IMG/VR virus record: IMGVR_UViG_3300028601_000024
Strand: one strand, 5' to 3'
Length of the DNA stretch: 64,000 bases
Origin: an uncultured virus (IMG/VR IMGVR_UViG_3300028601_000024)
Lineage: Duplodnaviria > Heunggongvirae > Uroviricota > Caudoviricetes
The notes under the pieces: generated by a model
What the model was told of the DNA's origin: nothing
The model's input: the letters and a program-made list of their open reading frames with translations, nothing else
The model's database searches: none
Translations under genes and position numbers: made by a program
Part shown: piece after piece, positions 51,385 through 61,219 of the stretch
How the letters are laid out: every line of letters starts with the position of its first letter
Numbering within the stretch: the stretch's first letter is position 1

Positions 51385-51699
51385 TTAACGTTGCATCTTC
51401 AATACATCAATTAATTTGGGGTGGATAATTTTAATTTGATTATTAAAATTACTAGGTATAAAATCCATGAGTGTTCCAATATTATTAGCTGCTAATACTA
51501 ATGGAAAATATGAATCATTTCCATAATATTTTAAACTGATTACATCTGGTCTATATTTTAAATTATCTTCGACAAATACAGTAATTAAATTATCTGGATT
51601 TCTAATATAACTTTCATTATCTATAATTAAATTTCCAGTCAAGCTAGGCTCATTGTAATTATCAAGTATTCTTGGATCAACCGTTGTATAATTAATCAT
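51385..51699 (-). CDS. Baseplate wedge protein (T4 gp53-like, LysM-type)
   Basis: YRPDVISLKYYG...LVLAANNI. Confidence 0.75.
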   Translation of the reverse strand: MINYTTVDPRILDNYNEPSLTGNLIIDNESYIRNPDNLITVFVEDNLKYRPDVISLKYYGNDSYFPLVLAANNIGTLMDFIPSNFNNQIKIIHPKLIDVLKMQR

Positions 51700-52253
51700 T
51701 AGTTATTCCTTAATAGAAATTTTTGACCAGGTTTAGGATTCCGGGTAGGATGTGTTTGCTGAATATCATAATGACTACTAAGATCATTCTTTGATTTAGC
51801 AGGAATTGTTGCATCTTTTTTACTTAAAGCTAATTTATCCGCCGCGCTAATAACTTTAGTTCTTTTATCTCTCCAGTTATTAATATTTTCTTCTAGATTC
51901 ATACCTTGAGCATGACGAGCTTGTCCTTTAAAAACTTGTAGATTACCTCGATCAATATTCGCCAACCCTAATTTACTAAGTTCTTTGGTTGTGTCAGTTG
52001 TATGTTTATCTGATTTAATAAATTTCGAAACTATTTTATTTTTTGTATCAGATAAAACACTTTCACTTATTTCCCCCATAGTTAAAGGCTTTTTCTGATC
52101 ATCATATAAATCTTCTAAAGGTTTAGCTTCAATCTTAGTACCTTTTTTATTTAAAATTAAATAATCTCTTTTAGGATTTAGTTTACTATATAACTCTTCA
52201 TTTATATCATCTAATATACTTTCTAATATAATTTTTTTAATTAGAATTTTCAT
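51699..52253 (-). CDS. Protein with shared MK...K.ILE leader (putative internal head protein)
   Basis: N-terminus MKILIKKIILES. Confidence 0.5.
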   Translation of the reverse strand: MKILIKKIILESILDDINEELYSKLNPKRDYLILNKKGTKIEAKPLEDLYDDQKKPLTMGEISESVLSDTKNKIVSKFIKSDKHTTDTTKELSKLGLANIDRGNLQVFKGQARHAQGMNLEENINNWRDKRTKVISAADKLALSKKDATIPAKSKNDLSSHYDIQQTHPTRNPKPGQKFLLRNN

Positions 52254-53725
52254 ATGTTTCCTTTTATCTCATATGTTGTGAATATTGTATTTGTTTCAAC
52301 CACATATATATTTTTTGGCACATATACTTTTAGTTTATATCTAATTGATTTTATATTTGAAACTTTATATTCGATATATAATTTATTATCTATGTATTCC
52401 CAACTCTCTGGTACTTTACGGACTACAATATCATTTAACCCATCATCTAAAACTACTGGCGATTCATCAATATATGTTCTACCATAAATAACATCAATTT
52501 GTATTTCATTTATTATATTTTCTGGAATTTTTTTAATAATATTTGATGGGTAATCAGTAGATGGTAAAGGAATTTCAAATAGTTCAGATAAAGGTGTACT
52601 AAGAATACAATCTGAAATATATAGTTTATTGTTATAATAATAATAATCCCCTCTAAAGAGTTCAACATTAGGTACCAATTTTTCTCCAATTTGAGTAGTA
52701 GGCATTCCATAATTTGTAGTTTTATATAATTTATAATATTTTTCATCAGACTCATTTGCAATCCAAACCAAATAATTACTTGGATTTAAATATTTACCTA
52801 TTCCTGGAAATGTTTGATAATTTGAATTAATATATAAATCATTCATATCATATATTAAAGTGTTAGTGGTAAGATCTCGGTATTCATAAAATAATATTTT
52901 ACTAAGATCATCTGTTATATAAAATGAATCGTTTAACTCTGTTTGAGGCAATACTAAACTCATATATTTTATATAATTTATAGTATTATGTAATTTATCC
53001 CAATGATATACATCTACTGCGGTAAATGTATCGTATGCAAAATAGGAACAAAAAATATAATCACCAACAATATATAACACAGGATAAGTAAATAATGATG
53101 ATTCCAATGCATCAATAAATGTTTGACTACTTTTAAATTCTGTAAAATTGATAGAATTTAAAAGTGTTCCATCTAATTCGCAATGGTTTATTTTTATATA
53201 ATCTACTTCCGGACCATCATTCATTTTATAAAAATAAATATGCCCGGAATTTGTAATTTGATAAGTATTAATTGAACCATGTGTGTTATTTAATAATGCT
53301 AAATCAAAAATACTTTTATCTAATTCTGGATAATCCGTATCAAGTTTTAGATATAAATTATTTTTAAGTTGATTATCAAAATCTTCACCAGATAATGCAA
53401 ATTCTATATTATTACCTGAATTTAATAATGCTAATTGATCAAGGAAAATATTATAATAATCATAATATTTAGTATTTATATTTTCAATATCAAAAAACTT
53501 TTTAGTATTGTTTGCTATAAAATCTAAATTATTTGAACCAGATAAATTGTCTCCGTCTACAACAATATTATTTGTATATAAATATTGTTGATTACTAAAT
53601 GATTTTATATTCAGTAATTCTGGATGTATTACCAACTGTTCTTTTGTTTTAATCCAAGGGTTACTTGGATCCTTAAATTGTTCTTCTGTTGAATACTGGG
53701 CATTCAACCCTAATGCTGTAAACAT
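52250..53725 (-). CDS. Hypothetical beta-rich protein, paralogous ends with 54385..55773
   Basis: Shared N-terminal F...NP(W/F)....E and C-terminal K(V/T)PES..Y....(L/I)Y..Y segments. Confidence 0.55.
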   Translation of the reverse strand: MFTALGLNAQYSTEEQFKDPSNPWIKTKEQLVIHPELLNIKSFSNQQYLYTNNIVVDGDNLSGSNNLDFIANNTKKFFDIENINTKYYDYYNIFLDQLALLNSGNNIEFALSGEDFDNQLKNNLYLKLDTDYPELDKSIFDLALLNNTHGSINTYQITNSGHIYFYKMNDGPEVDYIKINHCELDGTLLNSINFTEFKSSQTFIDALESSLFTYPVLYIVGDYIFCSYFAYDTFTAVDVYHWDKLHNTINYIKYMSLVLPQTELNDSFYITDDLSKILFYEYRDLTTNTLIYDMNDLYINSNYQTFPGIGKYLNPSNYLVWIANESDEKYYKLYKTTNYGMPTTQIGEKLVPNVELFRGDYYYYNNKLYISDCILSTPLSELFEIPLPSTDYPSNIIKKIPENIINEIQIDVIYGRTYIDESPVVLDDGLNDIVVRKVPESWEYIDNKLYIEYKVSNIKSIRYKLKVYVPKNIYVVETNTIFTTYEIKGNI

Positions 53726-53789
53726 ATGAATCCTTTATTTAAACAAGATCACTTGATGATACTTGATCGATAATTGATATAGTAGAATA

Positions 53790-54383
53790 TTATTGTTCAC
53801 CAAGATATTGTTCGCCAAGATCACTTAATGATACGTAAGCTGTGCGATATCCACTCTCTATAATTGATATAGTGGAATATTGTTGTTCGCCAAGATCACT
53901 TAATGATACGTAAGCTGTGCGATATCCACTCTCTATAATTGATATAGTGGAATATTGTTGTTCGCCAAGATCACTTAATGATACGTAAGCTGTGCGATAT
54001 CCACTCTCTATAATTGATATAGTGGAATATTGTTGTTCGCCAAGATCACTCGATGATACTGTTAATAAATAATTTGATGATGTTGAAGGGTAACCTAAAT
54101 CTGAGGATATCGTATTTAAATTATAATCTACGATAGATAGTTTATATCCTAATATTTCATCAACAATTTTGTTATGAAATAATGTTTCAAGTTCCCATGA
54201 AGAAGTAGATACACTAGAAGAAAATAATGTATTCTTTTCTTCTAGTGTATAATCTTTAAAAATATTATCTTTAAAAATAAAAGATTTTCTATTAATATTT
54301 TTTTTAAAAATATCTTTTTCTTTTTCAGTTAAATCCTTAAATTGTTTTATATTGAATCCAGATATTAAACATTCATAACCCAT
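53790..54383 (-). CDS. Hypothetical protein with 25-aa tandem repeats
   Basis: Three copies of SDLGEQQYSTISIIESGYRTAYVSL. Confidence 0.6.
   Translation of the reverse strand: MGYECLISGFNIKQFKDLTEKEKDIFKKNINRKSFIFKDNIFKDYTLEEKNTLFSSSVSTSSWELETLFHNKIVDEILGYKLSIVDYNLNTISSDLGYPSTSSNYLLTVSSSDLGEQQYSTISIIESGYRTAYVSLSDLGEQQYSTISIIESGYRTAYVSLSDLGEQQYSTISIIESGYRTAYVSLSDLGEQYLGEQ
53808..54050. repeat. Perfect 75-bp tandem repeat (~3.2 copies)
   Basis: tcact recurs at 53821, 53896, 53971 and 54046 with identical intervening units. Confidence 0.95.
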
Positions 54384-54384
54384 A

Positions 54385-55773
54385 TTACACTTCTTCTGTG
54401 ATTTGAACCATTTTATCTATTTTGGTCGACAGATTATTAAAAACTTGTTTGTTGCTAATATTTTTTAAAACATAATCTATTTTATTACATGTGTTTTCAG
54501 ATTTAGGATATTTTAAATAGATTCGACCATTTTCATAATGCACTGATTCAGGTGTCTTGGAAACAGTTAATTCATCATCATATGTACATTCAAGTGTTAA
54601 ATCATGATTTTCTTTTTTATAAAGTATTACATCATTTATATTTGTAAAATTCAAAGAAGAGATATCTATAAAATTAGACGTAGAATAATCTATTTTAAAA
54701 AACACATTATTATCACCTTGTTGTTTAATATAAAGATTGTTAATATTATCAGATAATAAAAAATTTCCAGCGATTGGTATTTCCAATATCCCTTTATTTT
54801 TTAAAGCAATATTTGCAAAATCATAGCTATTTGGCATTTCATAAATTTCTAAATAATCTCCTAAAAAGTTTGAAGTAAATGAATTATTTTCAGGCCAATA
54901 ATGTAAAAACAATGCTTTTCCATCTTTTGATATTTGAATATGATTACCATATAGATCTATTGGTTTTTTCGTTAATGATGTAAAAACATTTATTGTTTTT
55001 AGTAATACTAAGTTACTAGCATTTCCTAAAGTAAAATCAAAATCCACTGAATAGATTGATAGTGTGCCAGTGGAAGAATATTTATAAAAATACACTTTAT
55101 TAAATTCTGGGTTTATACCCATTATGCTTAAATACGAGACACTGCAGCCAAAAGAATATGTTGAGCGATAAACAGCACTATCTAATTTTTTAAAAGGAGT
55201 AGATAAATCATAAAAATTAAAATGTACATAACTTGCATCACCATTTATTCCGATATATTTAGTACCATCATTTGAAAAGAATTCTAAATCCATATTATAT
55301 TTTCCGCCTGTGACATATGTTTCGCTAAATGCTAATTGAGTTATATCATTTGGATTTACAACATTAAATGATGTAAGTGTATTATTACCTAAACATTTTA
55401 CAGCAAATATACTATCATTCATCCAATATGATTTATATTCCCTAAGCTGTGTCCATGAAGGATTTATCCAGGGTGTTGTTAAGCCATCAGGTACAATATC
55501 TACTTGTTCTAATGTGTAATTTTCAAGATTTTCACTAGTAGTTATAAGATCACTAGTTACATAAAATTCTTGATTTGGAACACTATGTATTAAAACATCT
55601 CCATCTACTAACTCATCTTTTGTTGCATATGATGTTAAAGTAGTTGATGGAAATCTTTGCAATTGAGGTTTCCACATCTCTACTGTTTCCTGTATTGCAA
55701 GAAATGGATTATCATCGTCATTAAGCATTGATTCAAATGTTATAACGCCATTATCTTTATAACTTGTTAACAT
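54385..55773 (-). CDS. Hypothetical beta-rich (propeller-like) protein
   Basis: FSNDGTK / ISKDGKA and YDLSTPF / YEMPNSYD blade-like repeats. Confidence 0.55.
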   Translation of the reverse strand: MLTSYKDNGVITFESMLNDDDNPFLAIQETVEMWKPQLQRFPSTTLTSYATKDELVDGDVLIHSVPNQEFYVTSDLITTSENLENYTLEQVDIVPDGLTTPWINPSWTQLREYKSYWMNDSIFAVKCLGNNTLTSFNVVNPNDITQLAFSETYVTGGKYNMDLEFFSNDGTKYIGINGDASYVHFNFYDLSTPFKKLDSAVYRSTYSFGCSVSYLSIMGINPEFNKVYFYKYSSTGTLSIYSVDFDFTLGNASNLVLLKTINVFTSLTKKPIDLYGNHIQISKDGKALFLHYWPENNSFTSNFLGDYLEIYEMPNSYDFANIALKNKGILEIPIAGNFLLSDNINNLYIKQQGDNNVFFKIDYSTSNFIDISSLNFTNINDVILYKKENHDLTLECTYDDELTVSKTPESVHYENGRIYLKYPKSENTCNKIDYVLKNISNKQVFNNLSTKIDKMVQITEEV

Positions 55774-56124
55774 TTATTCTCCTTCATTTTCTGTATTTTC
55801 TTTATTAATTTTATCAATTAATAAATTTCTCTTTTTTATCAATTCAAAATTATACTCTGCCCAGATTCGATAATCTGTCCAATTATTCATTAAAATTATA
55901 TATTCACTTTTTGAAATACAAATATATTCATGAGGAAGTAATATTTTAGAATTGACAATATTAGTCTTAGGTTTAGTAATCTCTGGTAATTTATTAAGTG
56001 TTTTATATTTGTGTTCGATTACAATCTCAGATTCTTTACATCCTAAGATAGAGAATAATATAATAATTACAAATAATAATTTAATAACAATATTATTTAC
56101 CAATTTGATTAAAATACGTTTCAT
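55774..56124 (-). CDS. Outer-membrane spanin (o-spanin) lipoprotein
   Basis: Signal peptide ending in lipobox ILGC; Pro-containing linker; overlaps the end of the i-spanin candidate. Confidence 0.65.
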   Translation of the reverse strand: MKRILIKLVNNIVIKLLFVIIILFSILGCKESEIVIEHKYKTLNKLPEITKPKTNIVNSKILLPHEYICISKSEYIILMNNWTDYRIWAEYNFELIKKRNLLIDKINKENTENEGE

Positions 56125-56503
56125 TTGCGTCCTTTAGTATAATATCTCCACAACTATTTAACTCATTATCTAATTTATTTTGTAAATTAGATAATTGATT
56201 TTTTAATTGATGAATAGTAGAATTGCTTGAGTGATTATATTGACTAATCACGTTATTTAAATCCTGAGTAGCTACAGTGCATTGTTCATTTTCAAATTGC
56301 AATTCTTTAATAAATCTTGTATTTTGATCATTTGTATCAGTTAAACTATTTTTATCTATTATGCATTGGTGATAGTTTAATTCTAGATCATTGATTTTAG
56401 ATTCTAAATTATTTATACTAATATAATGATATCCTATTAGTAACAATATTACTCCACTCAACAATAAGTATTTAGTTATCTTCGATTTAAGTAATGTTAA
56501 CAT
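56093..56503 (-). CDS. Inner-membrane spanin (i-spanin)
   Basis: Single N-terminal TM segment followed by a periplasmic coiled coil with Cys residues; overlaps a lipoprotein gene. Confidence 0.65.
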   Translation of the reverse strand: MLTLLKSKITKYLLLSGVILLLIGYHYISINNLESKINDLELNYHQCIIDKNSLTDTNDQNTRFIKELQFENEQCTVATQDLNNVISQYNHSSNSTIHQLKNQLSNLQNKLDNELNSCGDIILKDANETYFNQIGK

Positions 56504-56515
56504 TTGATTCCTTTT

Positions 56516-57748
56516 TTAAAATAACTCTATGTGCTTGGTAGGTTTATTATTTAATTTTTTTCTTATTTTAATATCAGTTGCGTATATTATGTCTCCGTGA
56601 TTATTTACAAAGAATGTTGTCATTCCAGGACGAGAATATGGAAAATTGAAACTTTTACAATATTCGTCATACGGTTTAATACTATTCATAATAATTAATT
56701 CATCACTAACATAATGTTGATGAAAGTGCCCAATAATCATTGTGTCAAACGCTTTATCATTTGCAACGCTTGTTCCTAATTTTTTAGCACGGCTTCTCAT
56801 AATAGGAACATGTATTCCCCCTATCCCGTTTCCACCTTTAATTGTATCACCATGATGTAAATAAAATCTTCTTGAATTGATTTTAAAAAATAATTCATCA
56901 CTTTGATCAGTAATAATATTAATTGATTTATTATCATTAAAATGTTTTTGAATAAAATGATAAACAATAGTCTCTAATGAATTATTTGCGCGATTCTTTG
57001 TTTTAGTATAATGTTTAGGATCATATCTACCGTGATTTCCTGTAACTCCTAGTACACATACATTTTCAAAATTATCATTTAATATTCCAATAACTTTTAT
57101 ATAAAGATTAACTAATTCAACTACCTGCTCGATTGGCGTTTTATCATTTGTATCACTTAGATCATGCAGATTACCAGTGATTCCATCTCCACCAAGTATT
57201 AGAACAATTCCCGGAAAGTCATAACAAGTCATATTCTTTTTACAAATTCCGATAAAGTCATTAATAACTTTTAAACTATAATCATGAGCAATTTGAGTAT
57301 TATAATCTTCACCAAATCCCATATCTTTAGAATTAATAGTCTCTCCAACATGTATATCACTTAAACAACAAACAGGTACTAGATTGGTCTTACTTACATT
57401 ATCCACCCACTCCGGGATAGTATCTGTAAATTCACAATCATTTAATTCAAAAATTAATCTACGGATGTCATCACTAGCTATGACTTCACTTTGAGCATCA
57501 TTAATTACTTTTTTAAGATATTTATTTTCTTCTGTTAATCTAGCAATAGTTTTATTTGAATCACTTAATAAATTTAATTTTTCTTCTTTAATTATTGGAT
57601 CTGGATTCTTCATAAGTTTTGAGCGCCATTTTCTAATAGTTCTAGTAGTTACTCCGAATTTTGTAGATAATGCTCGGTTCATTCCATCTTGGTTAAATGA
57701 GTTTATAATTTCACTTTTATTAGAATCCGTTAATTCATTAAATTGCAT
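56516..57748 (-). CDS. HTH + calcineurin-like metallophosphoesterase
   Basis: N-terminal LSTKFGVTTRTIRKW (HTH); SDIHVG, GGD, GNHG, HHGD and GHFH motifs. Confidence 0.88.
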   Translation of the reverse strand: MQFNELTDSNKSEIINSFNQDGMNRALSTKFGVTTRTIRKWRSKLMKNPDPIIKEEKLNLLSDSNKTIARLTEENKYLKKVINDAQSEVIASDDIRRLIFELNDCEFTDTIPEWVDNVSKTNLVPVCCLSDIHVGETINSKDMGFGEDYNTQIAHDYSLKVINDFIGICKKNMTCYDFPGIVLILGGDGITGNLHDLSDTNDKTPIEQVVELVNLYIKVIGILNDNFENVCVLGVTGNHGRYDPKHYTKTKNRANNSLETIVYHFIQKHFNDNKSINIITDQSDELFFKINSRRFYLHHGDTIKGGNGIGGIHVPIMRSRAKKLGTSVANDKAFDTMIIGHFHQHYVSDELIIMNSIKPYDEYCKSFNFPYSRPGMTTFFVNNHGDIIYATDIKIRKKLNNKPTKHIELF

Positions 57749-57757
57749 AGCATGCCT

Positions 57758-58021
57758 TTATTTAGTTTTATATAGGTTTACTGTTTTACTTACTCCACCT
57801 AGTGGGACAATTGGTGATCCACTTTCAGTTAAATCTCTGGACATCTGTTCCATTTGATTCTTTCTATCACTTAATGCACTAAATAATGATTTTGATTTTG
57901 GTTTTTGCTCAGGTTCCGGTTCTTCTTTAGGTTCGTCTCTTTTTATATAATTACTTAGTTTCCCAACAGTGTCTAATACAAAGCCTTCAATTATTAAATT
58001 TTTATTGATAAAATATTTCAT
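57758..58021 (-). CDS. Putative internal head protein (leader family)
   Basis: MKYFINKNLIIEG. Confidence 0.55.
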   Translation of the reverse strand: MKYFINKNLIIEGFVLDTVGKLSNYIKRDEPKEEPEPEQKPKSKSLFSALSDRKNQMEQMSRDLTESGSPIVPLGGVSKTVNLYKTK

Positions 58022-58073
58022 TTTGTTCCTTATTATCTTTTATGATTTGTTTTTAGTAAAATAAAACACATGA

Positions 58074-58101
58074 AAAATATAAGGCATATGCCTTATATTT
58101 T
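58074..58101 (-). terminator. Terminator-like palindrome
   Basis: aaaatataaggcatatgccttatatttt overlapping the stop of 58093; followed on the minus strand by TCATGTG. Confidence 0.7.
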
Positions 58102-58626
58102 ATTTAATAATCTACTATTTTTTAATAAGTATTGTTTATAATCTTCTTGACTTTTGGTACTACCGAATAACTTACCAAATCCATATTGAATTGCTGGTAT
58201 AAGAGCTGCCTGAAATGTTCCTATAACTGCTCCAATTATTAAACCGAATGGCCCACCAAACATTCCAACACTAGCTCCTCCAGCTGCTCCAAAAGTTAAT
58301 ATTCGTCTAATATCATTATAAGCATCTTTTATTGATATATTGTCAATATTATTACTTGCTGCTCCTATAACACTAGGTTGTCCACCACCGATTCTACCTA
58401 CAATTGCATGAACATTTCCACCAGACTCTATACCAGATAGTATCCCAAAAATAAGTTTTAAAATGGGTAGGGGTATTGATGATATAGCGTTCGAATCTGC
58501 TCCTCTACTTAATAATTCTTTTTTTACATCACTAGCTAATTTACCTTGAATTTTAGGAGCATGATTAAAAACTGATTCTTGATATAAATTTCTAATAATT
58601 GATGTTTTATTTAGCCTGTGTTTCAT
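58093..58626 (-). CDS. Putative internal head protein with glycine-zipper-like segment
   Basis: Likely start MKHRLNKTSIIRNLYQES at 58626; GAAGGASVGMFGGPFGLIIGAVIG. Confidence 0.55.
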   Translation of the reverse strand: MKHRLNKTSIIRNLYQESVFNHAPKIQGKLASDVKKELLSRGADSNAISSIPLPILKLIFGILSGIESGGNVHAIVGRIGGGQPSVIGAASNNIDNISIKDAYNDIRRILTFGAAGGASVGMFGGPFGLIIGAVIGTFQAALIPAIQYGFGKLFGSTKSQEDYKQYLLKNSRLLNKI

Positions 58627-59221
58627 TTTTACTTTTCGAAACATTATCTAAATATTGTTTATGTTCAATTTTTCGTAATTCTTCAATTTTATCTTTTTCT
58701 GATAAATTTAATTGTTTACTATATTTTAACATTGCCTGTTCAAGCTTTTCTCGAGTAGCATGCATTAGCTTAGTCGATAAAGGTCCTTTAACAAGAGGAT
58801 TTAATAACCAATGCATAAAATATTTACTCTTTATGTGTTTAATGGATTGATCTGTTTTATCCATAGCTTTGATCAATGCAAATACTTCTTTCTCCCATGG
58901 AGAATTTTTATAATCTGGATCTTTTAATAAAGTATCCAACTCTTTCTTTAATTGATCCATACTTTCTATAGGTTTACTGTTTTTATTTTTTAAAACTTTA
59001 TAAAGCAGTTCTCCAAATAATCCCCCTACTTCGCTACCTGTGTGAAATAATGGTCCGCGTATAAACGGATTTAGAAAATATTGCAAAGGATTATTTTTAA
59101 AATTCTCCCTGGAAGCAATATTCAATAATTTAGAATTTTCAACAGAGTTTTTAAGATTATCATCCCATGCGCCCTCTTGTAATAATCGAAACATGTTATT
59201 TTTATTAATTGTGATTTTCAT
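58607..59221 (-). CDS. Putative internal head protein (leader family)
   Basis: MKITINKNNMFRLLQEG; internal repeat LNP(F/L)..GPL. Confidence 0.55.
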   Translation of the reverse strand: MKITINKNNMFRLLQEGAWDDNLKNSVENSKLLNIASRENFKNNPLQYFLNPFIRGPLFHTGSEVGGLFGELLYKVLKNKNSKPIESMDQLKKELDTLLKDPDYKNSPWEKEVFALIKAMDKTDQSIKHIKSKYFMHWLLNPLVKGPLSTKLMHATREKLEQAMLKYSKQLNLSEKDKIEELRKIEHKQYLDNVSKSKNETQAK

Positions 59222-59230
59222 GTGTTTCCT

Positions 59231-59488
59231 TTAAAGCCCTAGACTTTTTTTAGCTCTTGCTTCAAAACTTCCTTCAATTGAATTAATAGGAGAATTTACT
59301 AAGTATCCATCTTTCTTTAATTGAATTTTATCATCTAGTACTTTTTGTTTATAGTATCCAGGGAGTGTAATTTTATCACTATATGAATGAGGTTTAGGAT
59401 TTCCTAATGTTTTTAGTGCTTCTTTTTTAAATTTATCAGCTACTTGTGGATGAAGCTGTTCAAGTATTAATTTTTTATTTATTTTCAT
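59231..59488 (-). CDS. Putative internal head protein (leader family)
   Basis: MKINKKLILEQ. Confidence 0.55.
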   Translation of the reverse strand: MKINKKLILEQLHPQVADKFKKEALKTLGNPKPHSYSDKITLPGYYKQKVLDDKIQLKKDGYLVNSPINSIEGSFEARAKKSLGL

Positions 59489-59988
59489 TTATCTAATCCT
59501 ATCCAAGGTTTAATAAAATTACTAGCACTATCATACGCTATCCCGGCTGTATGGGCAGGATTACGAATTATAAAATTTGTATCATCTGGTTCTTTATCCA
59601 AACCTACTAATTTTTTACCTGAATCACCAACTACATTTTTTAAATAAGCGGAATATGTTCCAGGTTGAAAATTCTTTTGATATTCATAATCCTCCGCATT
59701 ACTATCATTATACAATATATTATCTGGTTTACGATAAACATCAATAAATGCATCTTTATTGGCTAATTGTTTATCATATACAGCATCTGCTTTTAAATGA
59801 TCCATTGCTTTACCAACAGTATCTTGTACAAAATCTTGTGGACCCATTCCGAGATGTCCTTGACCAGCAGCATAAGTTGCACCTAATCCAGCACCTAATC
59901 CAGCACCCGCGGAATATTTACCTTTATTACGTTTTAGATGATCAATAAATCCTTCTAGGATTAATTGTTTTTTTAATATATGTTTCAT
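59485..59988 (-). CDS. Putative internal head protein, paralogue of 59988..60458
   Basis: Likely start MKHILKKQLILEG at 59988 (TAATG coupling); HLKRNKGKY..GAG.GA...ATYAAGQG. Confidence 0.6.
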   Translation of the reverse strand: MKHILKKQLILEGFIDHLKRNKGKYSAGAGLGAGLGATYAAGQGHLGMGPQDFVQDTVGKAMDHLKADAVYDKQLANKDAFIDVYRKPDNILYNDSNAEDYEYQKNFQPGTYSAYLKNVVGDSGKKLVGLDKEPDDTNFIIRNPAHTAGIAYDSASNFIKPWIGLDK

Positions 59989-60458
59989 TACATTCCTGCC
60001 CAAGGTTTAATAAAATTTGAAACACCTTTTAATGCCATTTCGCGAACATGTTCAGGATTTCGATCCATAAATGCTTCATTATTTTTATCATCTAAATTTA
60101 CAAATTTTTTACCAGAATCACTAACCGATCTTTTTAAATCTGCTATATAAGTTCTAGGTTGCAAACTTTGTTGTAATTCATAATCATCTTGAGTTTTTCC
60201 ATCTAGTAATACTCCATGCATCAATGCATTTCTATTAGCTACTTGATCATCATAAATTGAACTAACATTTAAATGATCCATTGCTTTACCAACATTATCC
60301 TGAGCAAATTCTTGAGCAGCATTTCCAAGATATCCTTGGCCAGCAGCGTAAGTAGCACCTGCGGTAGCTCCTATTCCTGCTCCAACAGCATACTTACCTT
60401 TATTACGTTTTAGATGATTAAAAAATCCTTCTATAATTAATTGTTTATTTATTTTCAT
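59988..60458 (-). CDS. Putative internal head protein, paralogue of 59485..59988
   Basis: MKINKQLIIEG; shared VGKAMDHL and SNFIKPW. Confidence 0.6.
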   Translation of the reverse strand: MKINKQLIIEGFFNHLKRNKGKYAVGAGIGATAGATYAAGQGYLGNAAQEFAQDNVGKAMDHLNVSSIYDDQVANRNALMHGVLLDGKTQDDYELQQSLQPRTYIADLKRSVSDSGKKFVNLDDKNNEAFMDRNPEHVREMALKGVSNFIKPWAGM

Positions 60459-60496
60459 TATTTATCCTTATTTTATTTTATTAACTGAAAATTTAC

Positions 60497-61210
60497 TTAA
60501 AGATTATAGATGTATTGCTCAGGAGGAGTGCGCTTCAACTCTTCGAGAGTTCTCATCCTTATCTCTTTTGCTTCTTGAATCAATTCATCCGCGTTTAATT
60601 GAATATTCCCAAATGGAGTATTAAAATTGTTATATTTTTTACGTATTCTACCTATTACATTCATTATATAACTTGTTGCCAAATCTCGAAAAGAATCATA
60701 TAATCCTGGGCTTATAGTACTAGGATCATTATGTACACAATCTAATACGAGTATAAATTCATTAGTAATATTTGTGAATCCTGCCTTAGTTAATTGAAAT
60801 TGATTAGGAGGTAGAAACCGCCAAGTATTATCAGCTTTAACCATTCTACTCATATCCACATAGTTTTGTCTTATCAAGAAATCTGTAACATCTCCTACAA
60901 TTGATTGACTAAAAATATGATCTAAGTCAACATATGTTGCATTATGAACAATGTTTTTAACTTCAAATATCTTATAAGGAAAATCTTTAAATTCATATGT
61001 TAATACAGGTTCCCAGCTTATAATATTATCTTCTGTCATTTTATAATATCTATGTAATCCATCCCATGCACTAAATTCAGGTAACACATGGTTTTGAATC
61101 TTCTCTACAATTTGTGTATCACTCAATTCAAGTGACATAACATCATGTCCCATTTCATCTTTAATATAACTTATTATATTATCCCAATTTTGCCAACTTG
61201 TGTATCCCAT
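60497..61210 (-). CDS. Neck protein (T4 gp13-like)
   Basis: YIKDEMG...LELSDTQI N-terminus; IGRIRKKY...GNIQLNADELIQEA C-terminus. Confidence 0.75.
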   Translation of the reverse strand: MGYTSWQNWDNIISYIKDEMGHDVMSLELSDTQIVEKIQNHVLPEFSAWDGLHRYYKMTEDNIISWEPVLTYEFKDFPYKIFEVKNIVHNATYVDLDHIFSQSIVGDVTDFLIRQNYVDMSRMVKADNTWRFLPPNQFQLTKAGFTNITNEFILVLDCVHNDPSTISPGLYDSFRDLATSYIMNVIGRIRKKYNNFNTPFGNIQLNADELIQEAKEIRMRTLEELKRTPPEQYIYNL

Positions 61211-61219
61211 AATTTCCCT

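Noticed and set aside
53808..54050. CRISPR array or DGR template/variable repeat
   Set aside because: Head-to-tail identical in-frame units with no spacers, no adenine-specific mismatches and no reverse transcriptase.
55774..56503. Complete lysis cassette
   Set aside because: Only spanin-like genes are visible; no endolysin or convincing holin adjacent. The TM protein at 42510..42956 has too little evidence to call a holin.
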